Made by a program: the position numbers and the translations under genes
In this document: piece after piece, positions 22,768 to 32,601 of the stretch
Numbering within the stretch: position 1 is the first letter of the stretch
Layout: each line of letters starts with the position of its first letter
The notes under the pieces: generated by a model
Told to the model about the DNA's origin: nothing
Database searches by the model: none
Seen by the model: the letters and a program-made list of their open reading frames with translations, nothing else
NCBI GenBank assembly: GCA_963743755.1
Contig: CAVUQU010000002.1
Coordinates: 255,276 to 319,275, forward strand
Origin: an uncultured bacterium
GTDB taxonomy: Bacteria; Acidobacteriota; Aminicenantia; Aminicenantales; Saccharicenantaceae
DNA length: 64,000 bases
Direction: 5' to 3'

Positions 22768-22985
22768 GGTGTCGAGGCGCTTTCGGTCGAATGTCCCGGC
22801 CGGGGGGCCGGACGGAACGGGTATTGTATGCGAATCCCTCTTATTTTGGAAGGGGACATGTACCGCCGCGGTACGGGGCATCCGCTCGAGGGGCGAGTCC
22901 CCATTCTTCCGGAATATCCGAGTCGGGCGATTGTAATAGAAGTGGAAGCGCAAGAGCTTCCGGAACGCCCCGAAAGGAGGCTCAG

Positions 22986-23717
22986 ATGTTCCAAGACGCA
23001 CTGTTCGTGCCGGACAGGGGACTGCGGGCGAGGGCTGTGGCGCTGCCTTCGGCCGCGCTCCTCCACGTGGTCGCGCTGGCCTTCCTGATCACGGCGCCGC
23101 TCCTGCGGGTCGGGGACCTGCCGACCGTCGATGTCTCCGGCGTCATCGTCGTCCCCGCCCTGCCGTCGAACCCGCTGCCTCCGCCCAAGGCGAGGGCCGG
23201 TAATCCCGGGGCGAGGGTCAAGGCGAGGCGGGCCCCCGTCGCGGCGGCCGATCCCTGGCGCGTCGCTCCCGTGGCCATTCCCGACGGCATCGTCGAGGAA
23301 GCCGGTTTCGGGGCCGACGGGATGCCCGGCGGGATCGAGGGCGGCGTCGACTACGGCGCGGACGCGGGCCTTCCGTCCGACATCGTCGGTTCCGCGCTCT
23401 ATGCAGTCGTCGGCGAACCGGTCGAGCCCGTTGTCCGGGCCGCGGGCGATGTCAAGCCGCCGCGCCTGGTCAAGCGTGTCGAACCGGGGTACCCCGCGAT
23501 CGCCCGGGAAGCCCGGATCGAAGGGACCGTCATCCTCGAGGCGACGACCGACGTCTTCGGCCGCGTGACGAATGTCCGGGTCCTGCGCTCCGTCCAGTTC
23601 CTCGATGAGGCCGCAGTTGAAGCCGTCCGGCAATGGGTCTACGAACCTCTCGTGCTCAACGGCCGTCCCCGGCCGGTGACCTTCACCGTCACCGTCCGCT
23701 TCGTCCTGCAGAAGTAG
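22986..23717 (+). CDS. TonB C-terminal-domain energy-transducer protein
   Basis: SD AAGGAGGCTCAG-ATG, an N-terminal TM, a Pro-rich linker, and a TonB_C-like VKPPRLVKRVEPGYPAIAREARIEGTVILEATTDVFGRVTNVRVLRS. Confidence 0.7.
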   Translation: MFQDALFVPDRGLRARAVALPSAALLHVVALAFLITAPLLRVGDLPTVDVSGVIVVPALPSNPLPPPKARAGNPGARVKARRAPVAAADPWRVAPVAIPDGIVEEAGFGADGMPGGIEGGVDYGADAGLPSDIVGSALYAVVGEPVEPVVRAAGDVKPPRLVKRVEPGYPAIAREARIEGTVILEATTDVFGRVTNVRVLRSVQFLDEAAVEAVRQWVYEPLVLNGRPRPVTFTVTVRFVLQK

Positions 23718-23724
23718 TGGAAGG

Positions 23725-23785
23725 GGAAAATGGGGACGTTTCTGGTTTTCGCCCCTGGGCAGAACCGGAAACGTCCCCATTTTCC
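23725..23785. terminator. 18-bp perfect inverted repeat (hairpin) between tonB-like stop and tRNA-Thr promoter
   Basis: GGAAAATGGGGACGTTTC, a 25-nt loop, then GAAACGTCCCCATTTTCC. There is no clean U-tract. It shares the AAAATGGGGACG core with the sequences at 16453 and 14331. Confidence 0.4.
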
Positions 23786-23799
23786 TCGCCTGTCGTGAT

Positions 23800-23828
23800 T
23801 TGACAGAAGCCGGCGTTTCGTTTAACTT
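23800..23828 (+). promoter_or_regulatory. possible promoter of tRNA-Thr
   Basis: TTGACA, a 17-nt spacer, then TAACTT (a weak -10), 14 nt upstream of the mature tRNA 5' end. Confidence 0.3.
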
Positions 23829-23842
23829 AATCGAGCCTCCAA

Positions 23843-23918
23843 GCCAGCGTAGCTCAGTCGGTAGAGCAGCTGATTCGTAATCAGCAGGTCGGAGGTTCGA
23901 TCCCTCTCGCTGGCTCCA
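23843..23918 (+). tRNA. tRNA-Thr (anticodon CGU)
   Basis: GCCAGCG-TA-GCTC-AGTCGGTA-GAGC-A-GCTGA-TTCGTAA-TCAGC-AGGTC-GGAGG-TTCGATC-CCTCT-CGCTGGC-T-CCA. It is a 76-nt canonical cloverleaf. Confidence 0.9.
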
Positions 23919-24009
23919 CCAAGTCCTCCACCTAAGCACTGGTCATCATTGTTTGACTTCCCGCCCGTCCCTCTGTTAGTCTGAGCCCACGCTAGAGTAG
24001 GGGGTTCGT

Positions 24010-25687
24010 TTGGCCAACAAGTGCCCGACCTGCCATTCCAACAATCCAGATACCTTGAAATTCTGCGGAGAGTGCGGCACCCAGCTTCCTCCGCCTCAGA
24101 GCCATCTTCCGGACGTAACGGAGACTCTTCAAACACCCGTCCACGAACTCACCACGGGCTCCACTTTCGCCGGCCGCTACCAGGTCATCGAGGAACTGGG
24201 CCACGGCGGCATGGGACGCGTCTACAAGGTCTACGACACCGACATCAAGGAGAAGATCGCCCTCAAGCTCCTCAAGCCTGAGATCGCCTTCGATAGGGAG
24301 ACGATCGAGCGTTTCTCGAACGAGTTGAAACTCGCCCGGAAGATCAGTCACCGCAACGTCTGCCGGATGTTCGACCTGGGCAGGGCCGAGGGCACGACCT
24401 TCATCACCATGGAGTATGTTCCGGGCCAGGACCTGAAGCGGCTCATCCGCCAGACGGGCCCGCTCGGCATAGGCCGGGCCGTCTCGATCGCCGAGCAGCT
24501 CTGCGAGGGACTGTCCGAGGCCCATCGTCTGGGGGTCGTCCACAGGGACCTCAAGCCTCAGAACATCATGGTCGACGAGGACGGGAACGCCCGGATCATG
24601 GACTTCGGGATCGCCCGGTCGCTCCGAGGCAAAGGGATCACGGGCACTGGGGTGATGATCGGGACGCCGGAATACATGTCGCCCGAGCAAGTGGAGGGCA
24701 AAGAGGCGGATCAGCGGTCGGATATTTATTCGCTGGGGATCATCCTCTACGAAATGCTGACGGGCCGCGTTCCGTTCGAGGGAAACGCCCCTGAGCATCG
24801 CCGTCAAGCAGAAACTCGAGAAGCCCAGGGATCCGAAAGAGCTGAACGATCAGATCACGGACGACCTTGGCCGACTGGTTCTTCGCTGTCTGGAGAAAGA
24901 CCGGAGCAAGCGGTACGAGAGCACCGAGCAGGTCGGACGGGAGCTGGAGAATATGGCCAAGGATCTCCTGACGACGGCCCACGGCATCCCCAAGACGAAG
25001 CCGCTCACCTCGAAGGAGATCACGATCACGCTGGGATTGAGAAAACCCTTAGTCCCCGCGTCGCTCGTTATCGCGATGGCCCTGATCGGATTGTTTCTGT
25101 GGCATCCCTGGTCCGCGAGAAACGGAAGCCCTCTGCACCCTGCCGACAAGCCCTCGATCGCGGTGGTGTATTTTGAGAACAATACGGGAGACGAAAAACT
25201 CGATCATTGGAGAAGGGGATCGCCGATCTGCTGATCACCGACCTCACGCAATCCAAGTACCTCAAGGTGTTGGGCGGAGACCGGCTCTTCGATATTCTCA
25301 ACCGAATGGGCCAGCTCGAGGCCAAGGGCTATTCTTCAGAAGTCCTGCGGGCGGTGGCGGCCCAAGGAGGGGTGAATCGCGTCGCCAGAGGAAGCTATTC
25401 GAAAGCCGGCGATACCTATCGCATCGACATGGTCCTGCAGGACGCCCGTTCGGGGGAACCGATAGCGACCGAAAGAGTCGAAGGAAAAGGCGAAGAGGGC
25501 ATCTTCGCCATGGTGGATGCGTTGACACGATGGACCAAGACGAGCCTGAAGCTGACCTCCGAACAGCTGGCGTCTGACCTCGATGAGACTATCGGAACTA
25601 TCACGACCTCATCCCCTGAGGCCTATGGGTTTTATGCCGAAGGAAATGCTCTGTTCAACAAGCTAAGAAACGGCTGGCGGGGCCAGT
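24010..25687 (+). pseudogene. Ser/Thr protein kinase (N-terminal zinc ribbon, Hanks kinase domain, TM, periplasmic sensor-like domain) that is frameshifted and 3'-truncated at the tRNA-Thr repeat
   Basis: TTG start after an AGGGGGT SD. CPTCHS..CGECG ribbon; kinase motifs HRDLKPQNIM, DFGIA and GTPEYMSPE. Frameshifts lie near 24790 and 25200. The reading frame runs directly into the tRNA-derived repeat at 25688 and ends at 25752. Confidence 0.65.
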
Positions 25688-25735
25688 TGGTTCGTAATCA
25701 GCAGGTCGGTGGTTCGAGGCCACTCGATGGCTCCA
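25688..25735 (+). repeat. direct repeat of the 3' half of tRNA-Thr (anticodon loop to CCA), att-like
   Basis: TTCGTAATCAGCAGGTCGGtGGTTCGAggCCaCTCGaTGGCTCCA is identical to tRNA-Thr positions 32-76 except at 5 positions. The T-stem changes are compensatory (GGAGG/CCTCT becomes GGTGG/CCACT). The segment has no D arm and no 5' acceptor strand. Confidence 0.75.
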
Positions 25736-25770
25736 TTAATTCCCCCATCTAAGGCTGATGATTCAGTCAC

Positions 25771-28043
25771 TTGGGGGGGGGATCCGTCGTTAATATGGAC
25801 TTGCTTATTCAAAAAGTTGCTGACAGAATGGGCGAGAATCGGGGTGCGGGTCAAGAGGAGCGCGGCAGCATGGAGCATGACCATCATCACGAGCAAGGCC
25901 GCTCAACGAGCCACGGGGATCATATGATGCCCGAGATAGGCGAGGGAAAACGGACGTACACTTGCCCCATGCATCCGGAGATCAGGCAGGCCGAACCCGG
26001 CCGCTGCCCTCTATGCGGAATGGCCCTCATTCCGAAGAAAGCCGGGCCGGCCGCGCGGACTGACGAAAAGAAAGAATACGACAAACACGCCGGTCATAAG
26101 ATATCGTCATTCCTGGCTAAGTTCTGGATTGCTCTAGCCCTGACCATCCCGATCCTGGTTTACTCCGAGCTCCCGGAAAAACTTTTCGGATTCAAGTCTC
26201 CGGCCTTTCCAGGCTCCGCATTTCTTCCGCTTGTCTTGGGTTCTTTTATCTATTTTTATTGCGGCTGGGTATTCCTGGCCGGTGCATGGAGAGAACTCCG
26301 GGCCCGGCTGCCCGGAATGATGACTCTGATCGCCTTGGCTATCACCGCGGCCTATGCCTTCAGCGTATATGTCACGCTGACGGGGGGCGAGCACACGCTC
26401 TTCTGGGAGCTCGGCACGTTGATCACCATCATGCTTCTCGGCCACTGGATCGAGATGCGCGCCGTCCAGGGGACACAGGGCGCCCTCAGGGACCTCGCCA
26501 AACTCCTGCCCGATCAAGCTGAAGTGATAAGAGGCGAGAAGACCGAGATCATTCCTCTGACTGAGCTGAATGAGCGAGACGTCGTTCTGGTGAAGCCGGG
26601 GGAAAGGTGCCGGCTGACGGACGAATCTTGGAAGGCCGGTCCGAGGTTGATGAATCGATCATCACGGGTGAATCAAAGCCCGTCCCCAAGACCGCCGGTG
26701 ACGAAGTCATCGCCGGGTCGATGAACGGCGACGGGGCCCTCAAGATCGAAGTCACAAAGATAGGCGAATCGACGTTCCTGGCCGGCGTGATGAGACTCGT
26801 CGCAGAAGCCCAGGCCTCGAAGTCGCGCCTCCAAATCCTCTCCGACAAGGCGGCCTTCTATCTCACCATTGTGGCGATAACGGCGGGAGGGATCACCTTT
26901 TCCGCCTGGCTCCTGTCGCGAGCCGGGTTCGCCGTCGCCACCGAAAGGCTTGTGGCCGTGCTCGTCATCGCCTGCCCGCATGCCCTCGGCCTGGCGGTCC
27001 CCCTTGTCGCCTCGATCTCCACCGCGATGGCCGCCCGGAACGGACTTCTGGTCCGCCAGCGCCTGGCGCTCGAGGCGGCTCGTAAGGTCGACATCGTCCT
27101 GTTCGACAAGACCGGGACTCTTACGAAGGGAGCATTCGGGGTCCACGCTGTCGTTCCCTACGCGAATAGCACCAAAGAACAAGTGCTGCAAATGGCGGCC
27201 TCGGTCAACAGCGAGTCCGAACACTCCCTCGCCAAGGCGATGGTCGAGGAAGCGAAGAAGCAGGGGATGGCTCTTCTTGCGGTGAAGAATTTTGAGCGCT
27301 TGCCGGGGAAGGGGGCCAAGGCCGAGGTCGATGGACGTGAGGTGCGGGTGGGCAACGATGCCTTGCTGAATGAAACGGGAACATCCGTACCTCCCGGGCA
27401 GCAGTCCCTGATCGCCGAACTTTCCGGACAGGGCAATACAGTCATCCATGTCATCGCGGATGGCCGGCTTCTGGGAAGCATCGCCCTGGCGGATGTCATT
27501 CGCGAAGAATCCCGCGAGGCCATCCGCTCCCTGAAGCAGCTCGGCGTCAAGGTGGCGATGATCACGGGGGATTCCGAAGACGTCGCTTCGTGGGTTTCGC
27601 GGGAACTGGAACTCGACGAATATTTCGCCAAGGTCCTGCCTCAGGAGAAAGCCGAAAAGGTGAAATCCCTGCAAAAGAAAGGCCTGAAGGTGGCCATGGT
27701 GGGCGACGGCATCAACGATGCCCCGGCGCTGACCCAGGCCGACTTGGGCATCGCTATCGGGGCGGGCACGAACGTGGCCATAGAGTCCGCCGGGATCATT
27801 CTGGTGAGGAGCGATCCGCGCGATATACCCAAGATCATCAAGCTCTCGCAATTGACCTACGCCAAAATGATGCAGAACCTTTTTTGGGCATCCGGCTATA
27901 ACCTCGTGGCCCTGCCGATCGCAGCGGGTGCCCTGGCCTCACAAGGCATCATTCTTCAGCCGGCCGTGGCGGCCATGTTCATGTCGCTGAGCACGGTGAT
28001 CGTCGCGGTGAACGCCTTGTTGCTAAGGGGCCGGAAGCTTTAA
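25771..28043 (+). CDS. copB: heavy-metal (CopB-type, P1B-3-like) copper-translocating P-type ATPase; one frameshift near 26600
   Basis: His-rich N-terminus [20 protein letters not shown]; a [15 protein letters not shown] metal-binding motif; the TM CPH motif ([13 protein letters not shown]); DKTGTLT phosphorylation site; [10 protein letters not shown]. It is split into ORFs 25771..26724 and 26607..28043. GC is about 56%. Confidence 0.85.
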
Positions 28044-28253
28044 TAGGCTTTGACAGGGCTGATCGCCCGAGGGCACGATTCCGGCTTCCGACGATCGGCT
28101 TCCTTGCGGCCATGGCCGCGTTCTCGCCGCTGTCGGCTCGACACCATTGCGCTCGCTGTCGGCGTGTTGTACAATTTTTCGAGTTGGCAATATCTAACGA
28201 ACGGGAACGCGCGCACGGAGACGGTCGCAAGGGCCGCCTGAAACGGGGGTAAG

Positions 28254-30902
28254 GTGGATATTATCGAACGGCCGAGGGGTCGCACTTTGCTGCGCCGGCG
28301 CGGCGTACGGCTCGCCTGGCTCGCGGCGCTCGCATCGCTTGCCGCGAGCCTGAACGTTCCGCTTGTGGAATCTGCGCAATTCTATCGATTCGCGGCGCCG
28401 GCCGCCTGGGTCGCGCCGATCGAGACCGGGTCCCCGGCGACGGCCCCGACTGGCGGTGCGGACGCCTCGACTTGGGTCCAGTTGCTCGACCGTCAGATCA
28501 ATATCAGCGACACCGGCGATGATTTTTATCGGCACATCGCGGTTAAAGTACTGAACTCCGTCGGTGTCGACGAATACTCGCAGATCGACCTCGCCGTAAA
28601 TCCCGCTTTCCAGACGCTCGACATTCACCGTCTTCGAGTCGTCCGTGCCGGCGAGATCATCGACCAGCACAAGCTCGCGCGTATCACGGAGCTGCCTCAG
28701 GAAACCGAGTTGCGCAACCGTATCTATAACGGCCGCTACAACATCGATATTGTTTTGTCCGACGTGCGCGCCGGCGACGTCATCGAGTACTCTTACACCG
28801 TCCATTCTCGCGAGTTGATCTTCCCCGGGAGCTTTTATGCCCGGCTCGATACCGGCTGGACTGTGCCGGTCGATCATCAACGGATCCGTGTGCGCGCCCC
28901 GGTCACGCGGCAGATCGCGGTCCTTTCGAGTGACGGTTCGCCGGTGCCATCCCCGGCCACAGTGGGCAATCGGCATGAGCTCGTGATCGAATGGCACGAT
29001 CTCGCCGCGGTGCCGGCTCTGAGCTCAACGCCGGGCTGGTACTCCGATTGGCCTTATATCGAAATCGGAGACCGCGACAGCTGGGCGGAGGTCGCGCGGG
29101 CCGTCGAGCCGCTGTTTCGCCTGCCCGCCAAGCTGGGCCCCGGCGTCGGCGCAGTGCTTGACGGGATTCGCGGACCCGGGGGGACGCCAGCCATTCAGGC
29201 GCTGAGGGCCCTTCAGTTCGTGCAAGAGGAAATCCGCTATACGAGCATCGCGATCGCTCCAGGGTCCTATGAGCCGGCCCCGACCGAGCTCGTCATGAAG
29301 CGGCGCTTCGGCGACTGCAAGGACAAGTCGTTGTTGCTGGCGACGCTGCTGAACCGCCTCGGCGTCGAGGCGCAGGTCGCCCTCGTGCATTCATTCCGGG
29401 GCCGGGCACTCGATGGCTCGCTGCCGACCCCCTATGCCTTCGATCACGCCATCGTGCGCGCCGTTATCGGCGGCGGAGTCCATTGGCTCGACCCGACCGC
29501 CGCGACCCAATACGAGCCGCTCTCGATCTCGCATCACCCGGATTTCGAACGAGCCCTGCCCGTGGGCCCGGCCCCCGCGGGCCTCGAGGTCATCCCGCCG
29601 CCGGCGTCGGACATGCGCCGGAGGGAGATCGCCACTACGCTCGACTTGAGCGCCGGATTGAAGGCCAAGGGCCTGATGGAGGTCACGACGCGCTACGAAG
29701 GCGCTTACGCGGACGAGATGCGGCCGCCGCTCTCGAGCGTGAACCCGGAACAGCGGCAATCGGATTACGAGAGCTACGCGGCCCATTACTATCCGGGCGC
29801 CCGATCTCTCGCGCCCATCGAGGTACTCGACGACCGAACCAACAACGTGGTCACGGTCCGGGAGCGCTACCGCCTCGAGAACGCGTTCGCGCCGGACGAC
29901 GAGGGAGTCCTCGAGCTCGTCCTGCACGCGGACGAGCTGTACAACTATGCGCAAGCTCTCGGCGCGGCCGGGCGTCAGGTGCCCCTGGCTCTCGAATATC
30001 CCCTCCGTATCAAACAGCGCGTCGTCGCGAAGCTGCCGGAAGATTGGGCGCTGAGGGCCGATAACGTGGCCGTCGACAATCCGGCCTTCCGTTATCGCAG
30101 CAGGGTCAGTTATGCCGACCGCACCCTGACGCTCGATTACGAGTACGAGGCACTGGCGGCCTCCGTCGCTCCCGAGGACATCGCGAAGTATGAGGCCGAC
30201 CGGGCCCGTGTCTACGACGACCTCGGCTATAGATTGACCCGGGACGACCCTGCGATGAAAAGCGGCAGCCCCGGCGGCGTCGCGCCGCTCCCCATGCTGG
30301 TCATGCTCTTCACGTTCGCTCTCTCGATCGGGGCCGCGGTCCGCTGGGGATATCGCTACGACCCCCCGGCGAGAGAGGCCGAGCCCGGCGCCCCGGCCGG
30401 GATCGGCGGGTGGCTTTTGCTGCCGGCGATCTCCATGATCCTGACGCCGTTCTTATCCGGGGCCGCCGTGGTCTCCTGGTTACCCTCGATCGAAGCGAAG
30501 GCCTGGTACGCGCTGCCGACGGTCGTGAACCAGGCCTATGCCGGCACGACGCATCCGGCCGCGCTTTCGTTCATGGCGCTCGCCGTCCTGCAGACCATCT
30601 TTGCGGTGCTGACGGCCGTGATGTTCTTCGCCAAGCGGACTTCGGCACCGCGGTTTTTTGTAGCTCTCACCTGGTTCGTCGTGGTCACCGATGGCGCTGC
30701 AGTCCTCTGGACGCTGGCGGCCGGTTTCGATAAGGAGTTGAACGCCACCGGCGTTTCCAGCAATGTCATGCGTAGCCTTGTGACGGCCTTGGTATGGACC
30801 GCGTACATGTCATCGTCCAAACGCGTCGGGGCCACGTTCGTCCGCCGGCTTGCGCCCTCTCTGCCGGCGACCGTGCCGGCCCCACCCGAGCCGGCGGATT
30901 AG
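28254..30902 (+). CDS. DUF3857 / transglutaminase-like cysteine-protease-fold protein with a C-terminal polytopic membrane domain
   Basis: 882 aa starting at GTG 28254. Signal sequence, then the transglutaminase-core motif RRFGDCKDKSLLLATLLNRLGVEA with a downstream His/Asp, then a C-terminal roughly 200-aa hydrophobic domain (DUF2569-like). Confidence 0.65.
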   Translation: MDIIERPRGRTLLRRRGVRLAWLAALASLAASLNVPLVESAQFYRFAAPAAWVAPIETGSPATAPTGGADASTWVQLLDRQINISDTGDDFYRHIAVKVLNSVGVDEYSQIDLAVNPAFQTLDIHRLRVVRAGEIIDQHKLARITELPQETELRNRIYNGRYNIDIVLSDVRAGDVIEYSYTVHSRELIFPGSFYARLDTGWTVPVDHQRIRVRAPVTRQIAVLSSDGSPVPSPATVGNRHELVIEWHDLAAVPALSSTPGWYSDWPYIEIGDRDSWAEVARAVEPLFRLPAKLGPGVGAVLDGIRGPGGTPAIQALRALQFVQEEIRYTSIAIAPGSYEPAPTELVMKRRFGDCKDKSLLLATLLNRLGVEAQVALVHSFRGRALDGSLPTPYAFDHAIVRAVIGGGVHWLDPTAATQYEPLSISHHPDFERALPVGPAPAGLEVIPPPASDMRRREIATTLDLSAGLKAKGLMEVTTRYEGAYADEMRPPLSSVNPEQRQSDYESYAAHYYPGARSLAPIEVLDDRTNNVVTVRERYRLENAFAPDDEGVLELVLHADELYNYAQALGAAGRQVPLALEYPLRIKQRVVAKLPEDWALRADNVAVDNPAFRYRSRVSYADRTLTLDYEYEALAASVAPEDIAKYEADRARVYDDLGYRLTRDDPAMKSGSPGGVAPLPMLVMLFTFALSIGAAVRWGYRYDPPAREAEPGAPAGIGGWLLLPAISMILTPFLSGAAVVSWLPSIEAKAWYALPTVVNQAYAGTTHPAALSFMALAVLQTIFAVLTAVMFFAKRTSAPRFFVALTWFVVVTDGAAVLWTLAAGFDKELNATGVSSNVMRSLVTALVWTAYMSSSKRVGATFVRRLAPSLPATVPAPPEPAD

Positions 30903-31435
30903 CTCAGGTCCTGCAGCGGTCGAGCGGGGACCCGATGTCGACATGCCGGTCGCCCCAAGCGAGATGATTGAAATCGGATCATCAAAATGATATACATCCG
31001 GTGTTGCCGAAAGGGGTAGACCGTTCCACACGTGGGCCTTTCAACGCCCTGTAGTGCCGCCGCCTCTGGTCGGACGGTATGCTGGACGGCTTTTCCCACG
31101 GTAACACGCACCTGTCAAGTGCGCCAGACTCAGGATCTGGTTCGATGAAGCTGATCGCTTCTAAAAACGATCAACGGAGGGATGATGGCGGGAGTTCCGG
31201 GCGGTACCGACACGGCGCTCGTCGTCATGCCGGTACGGCAATCGGCCCTGGGCCTTGCAGTCGTGCGGATACCGCGGCGGTATGTCCCGGTGCTGACCAT
31301 GAAGACCGCGCCAGCGCGAACATGGTCAAACAAACGGGATCATAGACCGCTCAAGCACGGCTCCGCCCGACGGCCGATGGATCTCCGACGCGCATCCCGC
31401 CGTTCTTTTGCCTATCATTCCATCGAGGGGGAAAT

Positions 31436-32585
31436 ATGAGAATAGACATCGACAAGCGGGGTATCGTCTACAAGCGCAGCCTTTCGCTCCAGGGAGGCTT
31501 GGGATTCAAGCGCGGCGAGTATCTGCGGATGCTCAAGCCCGGCCAGCACTCGATACCGCTGTGGCAACAGGCAGAACTGCACGATATTTTCGATCCCTTC
31601 AGGCCCAAAAGGGATCTGTCTCTGTTCCTGCATGACCAGGAACTCGTCGACGAGCTGCACGTCGTCGAAGTCAAGGACCATGAGATCGTGGCGCGGTTCG
31701 CCGACGGCCTTTACAAGGAACTGCTGCCACCCGGCAAATACGCGTTCTGGAAAGGCCCCAAAAGGCAAACGTTCGTCCCCATCGACCTGTCGAGACCGGA
31801 GATCGACGTCTCGTTCGCCAAAGCGCTTTTCTTGAGACCGGAGATCCAGAGGTTCCTGTACGCCTTCACGGTCGAATCGCACGAGAAGGGGCTTCTGTTC
31901 TTCAACAGGGAATTGCAGAAGCTTCTCGAGCCGGGGGATTATTTCTTCTGGAAAGGGACGACCGCCGTGGCCGTCCTCAAGGCCGACATGCGGCAGCTTC
32001 AGCTGGACATGACCGGCCAGGAGATCATGACCAAGGACAAGATCATGCTCAGGGTGAATTTCGTCTGTCAGTACCGTATCCATGATCCGGTGAAAGCCCT
32101 GAATACGATCAAGAATTACGAGGAGCAGCTGTACATCCTCATGCAGCTCGCCCTGCGCGAATATATCGGTGCGTTCACCCTGGACGAGATCCTGGAACGC
32201 AAGGAGAGCATCAGTGCGCAGGTCGTGACGGCCATCAAAGACAAAGCGTCCGATATGGGCATCGATCTTCTCTCCGCCGGCGTGAAAGACATCATTCTGC
32301 CGGGCGATGTGAAGGACATCATCAACCAGGTGCTGATCGCCGAGAAGAAGGCCCAGGCGAATGTCATCATGCGGCGTGAGGAAACGGCTTCGACGCGCAG
32401 CCTGCTGAATACCGCCAAGATCATGGACGAGAACAAGACGCTCTACCGTCTCAAAGAACTGGAGTACATCGAGCGCATCAGCGAGAAGATCAGCTCCATC
32501 ACCCTGTCGTCCGGGCGGGCAGATCATCGATCAGCTGCGGCAGGCCTTCCAGGCGACGAAGACTGAACAGGGCAAGAAGGATTGA
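31436..32585 (+). CDS. SPFH/band-7 (stomatin/prohibitin-like) domain protein with N-terminal extension; frameshift near 32515
   Basis: The band-7 core is IMLRVNFVCQYRIHDPVKA...IAEKKAQANVIMRREETAS. After a 1-nt shift at CCGGGCGGGC the true C-terminus is GGQIIDQLRQAFQATKTEQGKKD, ending at 32585 rather than the ORF-track end at 32566. Confidence 0.7.
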
Positions 32586-32601
32586 GCCGCGGCGTGGACG
32601 C

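Noticed and set aside
25660-25735. Possible second intact tRNA-Thr gene
   Set aside because: The sequence upstream of the anticodon-loop homology (AAACGGCTGGCGGGGCCAGTTGG) cannot form a D arm or the complementary 5' acceptor strand (GCCATCG is absent). Only the 3' 48 nt are tRNA-derived.
31079-31345. 88-aa ORF in the 530-bp intergenic region upstream of the SPFH gene
   Set aside because: There is no ribosome-binding site and the composition is Gly/Arg/Ala-rich and GC-driven. The region is more plausibly regulatory, since it carries the TACCGC palindromes. No ncRNA signature (RNase P, SRP, tmRNA motifs) was recognisable either.
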